Source: Auanema rhodensis (Eukaryota; Animalia; Nematoda). Taken from it: 64,000 nucleotides of DNA. Made by a program: the position numbers and the translations under genes. Shown one piece after another: positions 10,501 through 24,634 of the stretch (positions within the stretch are counted from its first letter, which is position 1; every line of letters begins with the position of its first letter). The notes below the pieces were generated by a model, which was given only the letters and a program-made list of their open reading frames with translations, was not told the origin of the DNA and ran no database searches. The stretch spans positions 18,042,001 through 18,106,000 of the forward strand of contig OZ059900.1 in NCBI GenBank assembly GCA_964057225.1, read 5' to 3'.

Positions 10501-13500
10501 AACAGGGGTTAGAAAATTAAGGAAATTAGCATATTCTGAGGGCACGCCCTTTATGGCTAATATTGATTAAATCGATTTTTGTTCATATGAGTCGTCAAAT
10601 GCAACGAATTTCAGCGTGTTACATACTAAAATGAAGCATTTCACATGCTGAACACTAGAAAAATACAAAAACACAGTATTTCCCATGAGAAATATTTTAT
10701 TATGCTGGAAAACCAGTTTTTGGAAATTTCGCTGTAAACAAGGTTTTGACTTACGATTTCATGTGTTCAAACTCATGCAATGTCAATGAAACCCAGCTCA
10801 AAATTGTTCGTACAACGTCTAGTTCCACTTTCACGACAAAAAAACAGGGGTTAGAAAATTAAGGAAATTAGCATATTCTGAGGGCACGCCCCTTATGGCT
10901 AATATTGATTAAATCGATTTTTGTTCATATGAGTCGTCAAATGCAACGAATTTCAGCGTGTTACATACTAAAATGAAGCATTTTACATGCTGAACACTAG
11001 AAAAATACAAAAACACAGTATTTCCCATGAGAAATATTTTATTATGCTGGAAAACCAGTTTTTGGAAATTTCGCTGTAAACAAGGTTTTGACTTACGATT
11101 TCATGTGTTCAAACTCATGCAATGTCAATGAAACCTAGCTCAAAATTGTTCGTACAACGTCTAGTTCCACTTTCACGACAAAAAAACAGGGGTTAGAAAA
11201 TTAAGGAAATTAGCATATTCTGAGGGCACGCCCCTTATGGCTAATATTGATTAAATCGATTTTTGTTCATATGAGTCGTCAAATGCAACGAATTTCAGCG
11301 TGTTACATACTAAAATGAAGCATTTTACATGCTGAACACTAGAAAAATACAAAAACACAGTATTTCCCATGAGAAATATTTCATTATGCTGGAAAACCAG
11401 TTTTTGGAAATTTCGCTGTAAACAAGGTTTTGACTTACGATTTCATGTGTTCAAACTCATGCAATGTCAATGAAACCTAGCTCAAAATTGTTCCTACAAC
11501 GTCTAGTTCCACTTTCACGACAAAAAAACAGGGGTTAGAAAATTAAGGAAATTAGCATATTCTGAGGGCACGCCCTTTATGGCTAATATTGATTAAATCG
11601 ATTTTTGTTCATATGAGTCGTCAAATGCAACGAATTTCAGCGTGTTACATACTAAAATGAAGCATTTCACATGCTGAACACTAGAAAAATACAAAAACAC
11701 AGTATTTCCCATGAGAAATATTTTATTATGCTGGAAAACCAGTTTTTGGAAATTTCGCTGTAAACAAGGTTTTGACTTACGATTTCATGTGTTCAAACTC
11801 ATGCAATGTCAATGAAACCTAGCTCAAAATTGTATGTACAACGTCTGGTTCCACTTTCACGACAAAAAAACAGGGGTTAGAAAATTAAGGAAATTAGCAT
11901 ATTCTGAGGGCACGCCCCTTATGGCTAATATTGATTAAATCGATTTTTGTTCATATGAGTCGTCAAATGCAACGAATTTCAGCGTGTTACATACTAAAAT
12001 GAAGCATTTTATATGCTGAACACTAGAAAAATACAAAAACACAGTATTTCCCATGAGAAATATTTTATTATGCTGGAAAACCAGTTTTTGGAAATTTCGC
12101 TGTAAACAAGGTTTTGACTTACGATTTCATGTGTTCAAACTCATGCAATGTCAATGAAACCTAGCTCAAAATTGTTCGTACAACGTCTAGTTCCACTTTC
12201 ACGACAAAAAAACAGGAGTTAGAAAATTAAGGAAATTAGCATATTCTGAGGGCACGCCCCTTATGGCTAATATTGATTAAATCGATTTTTGTTCATATGA
12301 GTCGTCAAATGCAACGAATTTCAGCGTGTTACATACTAAAATGAAGCATTTTACATGCTGAACACTAGGAAAATACAAAAACACAGTAATACCCATGAGA
12401 AATATTTTATTATGCTGGAAAACCAGTTTTTGGAAATTTCGCTGTAAACAAGGTTTTGACTTACGATTTCATGTGTTCAAACTCATGCAATGTCAATGAA
12501 ACCTAGCTCAAAATTGTTAATACAATGTCTAGTTCCACTTTCACGACAAAAAAACAGGGGTTAGAAAATTAAGGAAATTAGCATATTCTGAGGGCACGCC
12601 CTTTATGGCTAATATTGATTAAATCGATTTTTGTTCATATGAGTCGTCAAATGCAACGAATTTCAGCGTGTTACATACTAAAATGAAGCATTTTACATGC
12701 TGAACACTAGAAAAATACAAAAACACAGTATTTCCCATGAGAAATATTTTATTATGCTGGAAAACCAGTTTTTGGAAATTTCGCTGTAAACAAGGTTTTG
12801 ACTTACGATTTCATGTGTTCAAACTCATGCAATGTCAATGAAACCTAGCTCAAAATTGTTCCTACAACGTCTAGTTCCACTTTCACGACAAAAAAACAGG
12901 GGTTAGAAAATTAAGGAAATTAGCATATTCTGAGGGCACGCCCTTTATGGCTAATATTGATTAAATCGATTTTTGTTCATATGAGTCGTCAAATGCAACG
13001 AATTTCAGCGTGTTACATACTAAAATGAAGCATTTCACATGCTGAACACTAGAAAAATACAAAAACACAGTATTTCCCATGAGAAATATTTTATTATGCT
13101 GGAAAACCAGTTTTTGGAAATTTCGCTGTAAACAAGGTTTTGACTTACGATTTCATGTGTTCAAACTCATGCAATGTCAATGAAACCTAGCTCAAAATTG
13201 TTCCTACAACGTCTAGTTCCACTTTCACGACAAAAAAACAGGGGTTAGAAAATTAAGGAAATTAGCATATTCTGAGGGCACGCCCTTTATGGCTAATATT
13301 GATTAAATCGATTTTTGTTCATATGAGTCGTCAAATGCAACGAATTTCAGCGTGTTACATACTAAAATGAAGCATTTCACATGCTGAACACTAGAAAAAT
13401 ACAAAAACACAGTATTTCCCATGAGAAATATTTTATTATGCTGGAAAACCAGTTTTTGGAAATTTCGCTGTAAACAAGGTTTTGACTTACGATTTCATGT

Positions 13501-16500
13501 GTTCAAACTCATGCAATGTCAATGAAACCTAGCTCAAAATTGTATGTACAACGTCTGGTTCCACTTTCACGACAAAAAAACAGGGGTTAGAAAATTAAGG
13601 AAATTAGCATATTCTGAGGGCACGCCCCTTATGGCTAATATTGATTAAATCGATTTTTGTTCATATGAGTCGTCAAATGCAACGAATTTCAGCGTGTTAC
13701 ATACTAAAATGAAGCATTTTACATGCTGAACACTAGAAAAATACAAAAACACAGTATTTCCCATGAGAAATATTTTATTATGCTGGAAAACCAGTTTTTG
13801 GAAATTTCGCTGTAAACAAGGTTTTGACTTACGATTTCATGTGTTCAAACTCATGCAATGTCAATGAAACCTAGCTCAAAATTGTTCGTACATCGTCTAG
13901 TTCCACTTTCACGACAAAAAAACAGGGGTTAGAAAATTAAGGAAATTAGCATATTCTGAGGGCACGCCCCTTATGGCTAATATTGATTAAATCGATTTTT
14001 GTTCATATGAGTCGTCAAATGCAACGAATCTCAGCGTGTTACATACTAAAATGAAGCATTTTACATGCTGAACACTAGAAAAATACAAAAACACAGTATT
14101 TCCCATGAGAAATATTTTATTATGCTGGAAAACCAGTTTTTGGAAATTTCGCTGTAAACAAGGTTTTGACTTACGATTTCATGTGTTCAAACTCATGCAA
14201 TGTCAATGAAACCTAGCTCAAAATTGTTCGTACAACGTCTAGTTCCACTTTCACGACAAAAAAACAGGAGTTAGAAAATTAAGGAAATTAGCATATTCTG
14301 AGGGCACGCCCCTTATGGCTAATATTGATTAAATCGATTTTTGTTCATATGAGTCGTCAAATGCAACGAATCTCAGCGTGTTACATACTAAAATGAAGCA
14401 TTTTACATGCTGAACACTAGGAAAATACAAAAACACAGTAATACCCATGAGAAATATTTTATTATGCTGGAAAACCAGTTTTTGGAAATTTCGCTGTAAA
14501 CAAGGTTTTGACTTACGATTTCATGTGTTCAAACTCATGCAATGTCAATGAAACCTAGCTCAAAATTGTTCGTACAACGTCTAGTTCCACTTTCACGACA
14601 AAAAAACAGGGGTTAGAAAATTAAGGAAATTAGCATATTCTGAGGGCACGCCCCTTATGGCTAATATTGATTAAATCGATTTTTGTTCATATGAGTCGTC
14701 AAATGCAACGAATTTCAGCGTGTTACATACTAAAATGAAGCATTTTACATGCTGAACACTAGAAAAATACAAAAACACAGTATTTCCCATGAGAAATATT
14801 TTATTATGCTGGAAAACCAGTTTTTGGAAATTTCGCTGTAAACAAGGTTTTGACTTACGATTTCATGTGTTCAAACTCATGCAATGTCAATGAAACCTAG
14901 CTCAAAATTGTTCCTACAACGTCTAGTTCCACTTTCACGACAAAAAAACAGGGGTTAGAAAATTAAGGAAATTAGCATATTCTGAGGGCACGCCCTTTAT
15001 GGCTAATATTGATTAAATCGATTTTTGTTCATATGAGTCGTCAAATGCAACGAATTTCAGCGTGTTACATACTAAAATGAAGCATTTCACATGCTGAACA
15101 CTAGAAAAATACAAAAACACAGTATTTCCCATGAGAAATATTTTATTATGCTGGAAAACCAGTTTTTGGAAATTTCGCTGTAAACAAGGTTTTGACTTAC
15201 GATTTCATGTGTTCAAACTCATGCAATGTCAATGAAACCTAGCTCAAAATTGTTCGTACAACGTCTGGTTCCACTTTCACGACAAAAAAACAGGGGTTAG
15301 AAAATTAAGGAAATTAGCATATTCTGAGGGCACGCCCCTTATGGCTAATATTGATTAAATCGATTTTTGTTCATATGAGTCGTCAAATGCAACGAATTTC
15401 AGCGTGTTACATACTAAAATGAAGCATTTTACATGCTGAACACTAGAAAAATACAAAAACACAGTATTTCCCATGAGAAATATTTTATTATGCTGGAAAA
15501 CCAGTTTTTGGAAATTTCGCTGTAAACAAGGTTTTGACTTACGATTTCATGTGTTCAAACTCATGCAATGTCAATGAAACCTAGCTCAAAATTGTTCGTA
15601 CAACGTCTAGTTCCACTTTCACGACAAAAAAACAGGGGTTAGAAAATTAAGGAAATTAGCATATTCTGAGGGCACGCCCCTTATGGCTAATATTGATTAA
15701 ATCGATTTTTGTTCATATGAGTCGTCAAATGCAACGAATTTCAGCGTGTTACATACTAAAATGAAGCATTTTACATGCTGAACACTAGAAAAATACAAAA
15801 ACACAGTAATACCCATGAGAAATATTTTATTATGCTGGAAAACCAGTTTTTGGAAATTTCGCTGTAAACAAGGTTTTGACTTACGATTTCATGTGTTCAA
15901 ACTCATGCAATGTCAATGAAACCTAGCTCAAAATTGTTAATACAATGTCTAGTTCCACTTTCACGACAAAAAAACAGGGGTTAGAAAATTAAGGAAATTA
16001 GCATATTCTGAGGGCACGCCCTTTATGGCTAATATTGATTAAATCGATTTTTGTTCATATGAGTCGTCAAATGCAACGAATTTCAGCGTGTTACATACTA
16101 AAGTGAAGCATTTTACATGCTGAACACTAGAAAAATACAAAAACACAGTATTTCCCATGAGAAATATTTTATTATGCTGGAAAACCAGTTTTTGGAAATT
16201 TCGCTGTAAACAAGGTTTTGACTTACGATTTCATGTGTTCAAACTCATGCAATGTCAATGAAACCTAGCTCAAAATTGTTCGTACAACGTCTAGTTCCAC
16301 ATTCACGACTAAAAAACAGGGGTTAGAAAATTAAGGAAATTAGCATATTCTGAGGGCACGCCCTTTATGGCTAATATTGATTAAATCGATTTTTGTTCAT
16401 ATGAGTCGTCAAATGCAACGAATTTCAGCGTGTTACATACTAAAATGAAGCATTTTACATGCTGAACACTAGAAAAATACAAAAACACAGTATTTCCCAT

Positions 16501-19500
16501 GAGAAATATTTTATTATGCTGGAAAACCAGTTTTTGGAAATTTCGCTGTAAACAAGGTTTTGACTTACGATTTCATGTGTTCAAACTCATGCAATGTCAA
16601 TGAAACCTAGCTCAAAATTGTTCGTACAACGTCTAGTTCCACTTTCACGACAAAAAAACAGGGGTTAGAAAATTAAGGAAATTAGCATATTCTGAGGGCA
16701 CGCCCCTTATGGCTAATATTGATTAAATCGATTTTTGTTCATATGAGTCGTCAAATGCAACGAATTTCAGCGTGTTACATACTAAAATGAAGCATTTTAC
16801 ATGCTGAACACTAGAAAAATACAAAAACACAGTATTTCCCATGAGAAATATTTTATTATGCTGGAAAACCAGTTTTTGGAAATTTCGCTGTAAACAAGGT
16901 TTTGACTTACGATTTCATGTGTTCAAACTCATGCAATGTCAATGAAACCTAGCTCAAAATTGTTAATACAATGTCTAGTTCCACTTTCACGACAAAAAAA
17001 CAGGGGTTAGAAAATTAAGGAAATTAGCATATTCTGAGGGCACGCCCTTTATGGCTAATATTGATTAAATCGATTTTTGTTCATATGAGTCGTCAAATGC
17101 AACGAATTTCAGCGTGTTACATACTAAAATGAAGCATTTTACATGCTGAACACTAGAAAAATACAAAAACACAGTATTTCCCATGAGAAATATTTTATTA
17201 TGCTGGAAAACCAGTTTTTGGAAATTTCGCTGTAAACAAGGTTTTGACTTACGATTTCATGTGTTCAAACTCATGCAATGTCAATGAAACCTAGCTCAAA
17301 ATTGTTCGTACAACGTCTAGTTCCACATTCACGACTAAAAAACAGGGGTTAGAAAATTAAGGAAATTAGCATATTCTGAGGGCACGCCCTTTATGGCTAA
17401 TATTGATTAAATCGATTTTTGTTCATATGAGTCGTCAAATGCAACGAATTTCAGCGTGTTACATACTAAAATGAAGCATTTTACATGCTGAACACTAGAA
17501 AAATACAAAAACACAGTATTTCCCATGAGAAATATTTTATTATGCTGGAAAACCAGTTTTTGGAAATTTCGCTGTAAACAAGGTTTTGACTTACGATTTC
17601 ATGTGTTCAAACTCATGCAATGTCAATGAAACCTAGCTCAAAATTGTTCGTACAACGTCTAGTTCCACTTTCACGACAAAAAAACAGGGGTTAGAAAATT
17701 AAGGAAATTAGCATATTCTGAGGGCACGCCCCTTATGGCTAATATTGATTAAATCGATTTTTGTTCATATGAGTCGTCAAATGCAACGAATTTCAGCGTG
17801 TTACATACTAAAATGAAGCATTTTACATGCTGAACACTAGAAAAATACAAAAACACAGTATTTCCCATGAGAAATATTTTATTATGCTGGAAAACCAGTT
17901 TTTGGAAATTTCGCTGTAAACAAGGTTTTGACTTACGATTTCATGTGTTCAAACTCATGCAATGTCAATGAAACCTAGCTCAAAATTGTTCCTACAACGT
18001 CTAGTTCCACTTTCACGACAAAAAAACAGGGGTTAGAAAATTAAGGAAATTAGCATATTCTGAGGGCACGCCCTTTATGGCTAATATTGATTAAATCGAT
18101 TTTTGTTCATATGAGTCGTCAAATGCAACGAATTTCAGCGTGTTACATACTAAAATGAAGCATTTCACATGCTGAACACTAGAAAAATACAAAAACACAG
18201 TATTTCCCATGAGAAATATTTTATTATGCTGGAAAACCAGTTTTTGGAAATTTCGCTGTAAACAAGGTTTTGACTTACGATTTCATGTGTTCAAACTCAT
18301 GCAATGTCAATGAAACCTAGCTCAAAATTGTTCGTACAACGTCTGGTTCCACTTTCACGACAAAAAAACAGGGGTTAGAAAATTAAGGAAATTAGCATAT
18401 TCTGAGGGCACGCCCCTTATGGCTAATATTGATTAAATCGATTTTTGTTCATATGAGTCGTCAAATGCAACGAATTTCAGCGTGTTACATACTAAAATGA
18501 AGCATTTTACATGCTGAACACTAGAAAAATACAAAAACACAGTATTTCCCATGAGAAATATTTTATTATGCTGGAAAACCAGTTTTTGGAAATTTCGCTG
18601 TAAACAAGGTTTTGACTTACGATTTCATGTGTTCAAACTCATGCAATGTCAATGAAACCTAGCTCAAAATTGTTCGTACAACGTCTAGTTCCACTTTCAC
18701 GACAAAAAAACAGGGGTTAGAAAATTAAGGAAATTAGCATATTCTGAGGGCACGCCCCTTATGGCTAATATTGATTAAATCGATTTTTGTTCATATGAGT
18801 CGTCAAATGCAACGAATTTCAGCGTGTTACATACTAAAATGAAGCATTTTACATGCTGAACACTAGAAAAATACAAAAACACAGTAATACCCATGAGAAA
18901 TATTTTATTATGCTGGAAAACCAGTTTTTGGAAATTTCGCTGTAAACAAGGTTTTGACTTACGATTTCATGTGTTCAAACTCATGCAATGTCAATGAAAC
19001 CTAGCTCAAAATTGTTAATACAATGTCTAGTTCCACTTTCACGACAAAAAAACAGGGGTTAGAAAATTAAGGAAATTAGCATATTCTGAGGGCACGCCCT
19101 TTATGGCTAATATTGATTAAATCGATTTTTGTTCATATGAGTCGTCAAATGCAACGAATTTCAGCGTGTTACATACTAAAATGAAGCATTTTACATGCTG
19201 AACACTAGAAAAATACAAAAACACAGTATTTCCCATGAGAAATATTTTATTATGCTGGAAAACCAGTTTTTGGAAATTTCGCTGTAAACAAGGTTTTGAC
19301 TTACGATTTCATGTGTTCAAACTCATGCAATGTCAATGAAACCTAGCTCAAAATTGTTAATACAATGTCTAGTTCCACTTTCACGACAAAAAAACAGGGG
19401 TTAGAAAATTAAGGAAATTAGCATATTCTGAGGGCACGCCCTTTATGGCTAATATTGATTAAATCGATTTTTGTTCATATGAGTCGTCAATTGCAACGAA

Positions 19501-22500
19501 TTTCAGCGTGTTACATACTAAAATGAAGCATTTTACATGCTGAACACTAGAAAAATACAAAAACACAGTATTTCCCATGAGAAATATTTTATTATGCTGG
19601 AAAACCAGTTTTTGGAAATTTCGCTGTAAACAAGGTTTTGACTTACGATTTCATGTGTTCAAACTCATGCAATGTCAATGAAACCCAGCTCAAAATTGTT
19701 CCTACAACGTCTTGTTCCACTTTCACGACAAAAAAACAGGGGTTAGAAAATTAAGGAAATTAGCATATTCTGAGGGCACGCCCCTTATGGCTAATATTGA
19801 TTAAATCGATTTTTGTTCATATGAGTCGTCAAATGCAACGAATTTCAGCGTGTTACATACTAAAATGAAGCATTTTACATGCTGAACACTAGAAAAATAC
19901 AAAAACACAGTATTTCCCATGAGAAATATTTTATTATGCTGGAAAACCAGTTTTTGGAAATTTCGCTGTAAACAAGGTTTTGACTTACGATTTCATGTGT
20001 TCAAACTCATGCAATGTCAATGAAACCTAGCTCAAAATTGTTCGTACAACGTCTAGTTCCACTTTCACGACAAAAAAACAGGGGTTAGAAAATTAAGGAA
20101 ATTAGCATATTCTGAGGGCACGCCCCTTATGGCTAATATTGATTAAATCGATTTTTGTTCATATGAGTCGTCAAATGCAACGAATTTCAGCGTGTTACAT
20201 ACTAAAATGAAGCATTTTACATGCTGAACACTAGAAAAATACAAAAACACAGTATTTCCCATGAGAAATATTTTATTATGCTGGAAAACCAGTTTTTGAA
20301 AATTTCGCTGTAAACAAGGTTTTGACTTACGATTTCATGTGTTCAAACTCATGCAATGTCAATGAAACCTAGCTCAAAATTGTTCCTACAACGTCTAGTT
20401 CCACTTTCACGACAAAAAAAACAGGGGTTAGAAAATTAAGGAAATTAGCATATTCTGAGGGCACGCCCTTTATGGCTAATATTGATTAAATCGATTTTTG
20501 TTCATATGAGTCGTCAAATGCAACGAATTTCAGCGTGTTACATACTAAAATGAAGCATTTTACATGCTGAACACTAGAAAAATACAAAAACACAGTATTT
20601 CCCATGAGAAATATTTTATTATGCTGGAAAACCAGTTTTTGGAAATTTCGCTGTAAACAAGGTTTTGACTTACGATTTCATGTGTTCAAACTCATGCAAT
20701 GTCAATGAAACCTAGCTCAAAATTGTTCCTACAACGTCTAGTTCCACTTTCACGACAAAAAAACAGGGGTTAGAAAATTAAGGAAATTAGCATATTCTGA
20801 GGGCACGCCCCTTATGGCTAATATTGATTAAATCGATTTTTGTTCATATGAGTCGTCAAATGCAACGAATTTCAGCGTGTTACATACTAAAATGAAGCAT
20901 TTCACATGCTGAACACTAGAAAAATACAAAAACACAGTATTTCCCATGAGAAATATTTTATTATGCTGGAAAACCAGTTTTTGGAAATTTCGCTGTAAAC
21001 AAGGTTTTGACTTACGATTTCATGTGTTCAAACTCATGCAATGTCAATGAAACCTAGCTCAAAATTGTTCGTACAACGTCTAGTTCCACTTTCACGACAA
21101 AAAAACAGGGGTTAGAAAATTAAGGAAATTAGCATATTCTGAGGGCACGCCCCTTATGGCTAATATTGATTAAATCGATTTTTGTTCATATGAGTCGTCA
21201 AATGCAACGAATTTCAGCGTGTTACATACTAAAATGAAGCATTTTACATGCTGAACACTAGAAAAATACAAAAACACAGTATTTCCCATGAGAAATATTT
21301 TATTATGCTGGAAAACCAGTTTTTGGAAATTTCGCTGTAAACAAGGTTTTGACTTACGATTTCATGTGTTCAAACTCATGCAATGTCAATGAAACCTAGC
21401 TCAAAATTGTTCCTACAACGTCTAGTTCCACTTTCACGACAAAAAAACAGGGGTTAGAAAATTAAGGAAATTAGCATATTCTGAGGGCACGCCCTTTATG
21501 GCTAATATTGATTAAATCGATTTTTGTTCATATGAGTCGTCAAATGCAACGAATTTCAGCGTGTTACATACTAAAATGAAGCATTTCACATGCTGAACAC
21601 TAGAAAAATACAAAAACACAGTAATACCCATGAGAAATATTTTATTATGCTGGAAAACCAGTTTTTGGATATTTCGCTGTAAACAAGGTTTTGACTTACG
21701 ATTTCATGTGTTCAAACTCATGCAATGTCAATGAAACCTAGCTCAAAATTGTTCGTACAACGTCTGGTTCCACTTTCACGACAAAAAAACAGGGGTTAGA
21801 AAATTAAGGAAATTAGCATATTCTGAGGGCACGCCCCTTATGGCTAATATTGATTAAATCGATTTTTGTTCATATGAGTCGTCAAATGCAACGAATTTCA
21901 GCGTGTTACATACTAAAATGAAGCATTTTACATGCTGAACACTAGAAAAATACAAAAACACAGTATTTCCCATGAGAAATATTTTATTATGCTGGAAAAC
22001 CAGTTTTTGGAAATTTCGCTGTAAACAAGGTTTTGACTTACGATTTCATGTGTTCAAACTCATGCAATGTCAATGAAACCTAGCTCAAAATTGTTCGTAC
22101 AACGTCTAGTTCCACTTTCACGACAAAAAAACAGGGGTTAGAAAATTAAGGAAATTAGCATATTCTGAGGGCACGCCCCTTATGGCTAATATTGATTAAA
22201 TCGATTTTTGTTCATATGAGTCGTCAAATGCAACGAATTTCAGCGTGTTACATACTAAAATGAAGCATTTTACATGCTGAACACTAGAAAAATACAAAAA
22301 CACAGTAATACCCATGAGAAATATTTTATTATGCTGGAAAACCAGTTTTTGGAAATTTCGCTGTAAACAAGGTTTTGACTTACGATTTCATGTGTTCAAA
22401 CTCATTCAATGTCAATGAAACCTAGCTCAAAATTGTTAATACAATGTCTAGTTCCACTTTCACGACAAAAAAACAGGGGTTAGAAAATTAAGGAAATTAG

Positions 22501-24634
22501 CATATTCTGAGGGCACGCCCTTTATGGCTAATATTGATTAAATCGATTTTTGTTCATATGAGTCGTCAAATGCAACGAATTTCAGCGTGTTACATACTAA
22601 AATGAAGCATTTTACATGCTGAACACTAGAAAAATACAAAAACACAGTATTTCCCATGAGAAATATTTTATTATGCTGGAAAACCAGTTTTTGGAAATTT
22701 CGCTGTAAACAAGGTTTTGACTTACGATTTCATGTGTTCAAACTCATGCAATGTCAATGAAACCTAGCTCAAAATTGTTCGTACAACGTCTAGTTCCACT
22801 TTCACGACTAAAAAACAGGGGTTAGAAAATTAAGGAAATTAGCATATTCTGAGGGCACGCCCCTTATGGCTAATATTGATTAAATCGATTTTTGTTCATA
22901 TGAGTCGTCAAATGCAACGAATTTCAGCGTGTTACATACTAAAATGAAGCATTTCACATGCTGAACACTAGAAAAATACAAAAACACAGTATTTCCCATG
23001 AGAAATATTTTATTATGCTGGAAAACCAGTTTTTGGAAATTTCGCTGTAAACAAGGTTTTGACTTACGATTTCATGTGTTCAAACTCATGCAATGTCAAT
23101 GAAACCTAGCTCAAAATTGTTCGTACAACGTCTGGTTCCACTTTCACGACTAAAAAAAAACAGGGGTTAGAAAATTAAGGAAATTAGCATATTCTGAGGG
23201 CACGCCCCTTATGGCTAATATTGATTAAATCGATTTTTGTTCATATGAGTCGTCAAATGCAACGAATTTCAGCGTGTTACATACTAAAATGAAGCATTTT
23301 ACATGCTGAACACTAGAAAAATACAAAAACACAGTATTTCCCATGAGAAATATTTTATTATGCTGGAAAACCAGTTTTTGGAAATTTCGCTGTAAACAAG
23401 GTTTTGACTTACGATTTCATGTGTTCAAACTCATGCAATGTCAATGAAACCTAGCTCAAAATTGTTCGTACAACGTCTAGTTCCACTTTCACGACAAAAA
23501 AACAGGGGTTAGAAAATTAAGGAAATTAGCATATTCTGAGGGCACGCCCCTTATGGCTAATATTGATTAAATCGATTTTTGTTCATATGAGTCGTCAAAT
23601 GCAACGAATTTCAGCGTGTTACATACTAAAATGAAGCATTTTACATGCTGAACACTAGAAAAATACAAAAACACAGTAATACCCATGAGAAATATTTTAT
23701 TATGCTGGAAAACCAGTTTTTGGAAATTTCGCTGTAAACAAGGTTTTGACTTACGATTTCATGTGTTCAAACTCATGCAATGTCAATGAAACCTAGCTCA
23801 AAATTGTTAATACAATGTCTAGTTCCACTTTCACGACAAAAAAACAGGGGTTAGAAAATTAAGGAAATTAGCATATTCTGAGGGCACGCCCTTTATGGCT
23901 AATATTGATTAAATCGATTTTTGTTCATATGAGTCGTCAAATGCAACGAATTTCAGCGTGTTACATACTAAAATGAAGCATTTTACATGCTGAACACTAG
24001 AAAAATACAAAAACACAGTATTTCCCATGAGAAATATTTTATTATGCTGGAAAACCAGTTTTTGGAAATTTCGCTGTAAACAAGGTTTTGACTTACGATT
24101 TCATGTGTTCAAACTCATGCAATGTCAATGAAACCTAGCTCAAAATTGTTCGTACAACGTCTAGTTCCACTTTCACGACAAAAAAACAGGGGTTAGAAAA
24201 TTAAGGAAATTAGCATATTCTGAGGGCACGCCCCTTATGGCTAATATTGATTAAATCGATTTTTGTTCATATGAGTCGTCAAATGCAACGAATTTCAGCG
24301 TGTTACATACTAAAATGAAGCATTTTACATGCTGAACACTAGAAAAATACAAAAACACAGTATTTCCCATGAGAAATATTTTATTATGCTGGAAAACCAG
24401 TTTTTGGAAATTTCGCTGTAAACAAGGTTTTGACTTACGATTTCATGTGTTCAAACTCATGCAATGTCAATGAAACCTAGCTCAAAATTGTTCCTACAAC
24501 GTCTAGTTCCACTTTCACGACAAAAAAACAGGGGTTAGAAAATTAAGGAAATTAGCATATTCTGAGGGCACGCCCTTTATGGCTAATATTGATTAAATCG
24601 ATTTTTGTTCATATGAGTCGTCAAATGCAACGAA

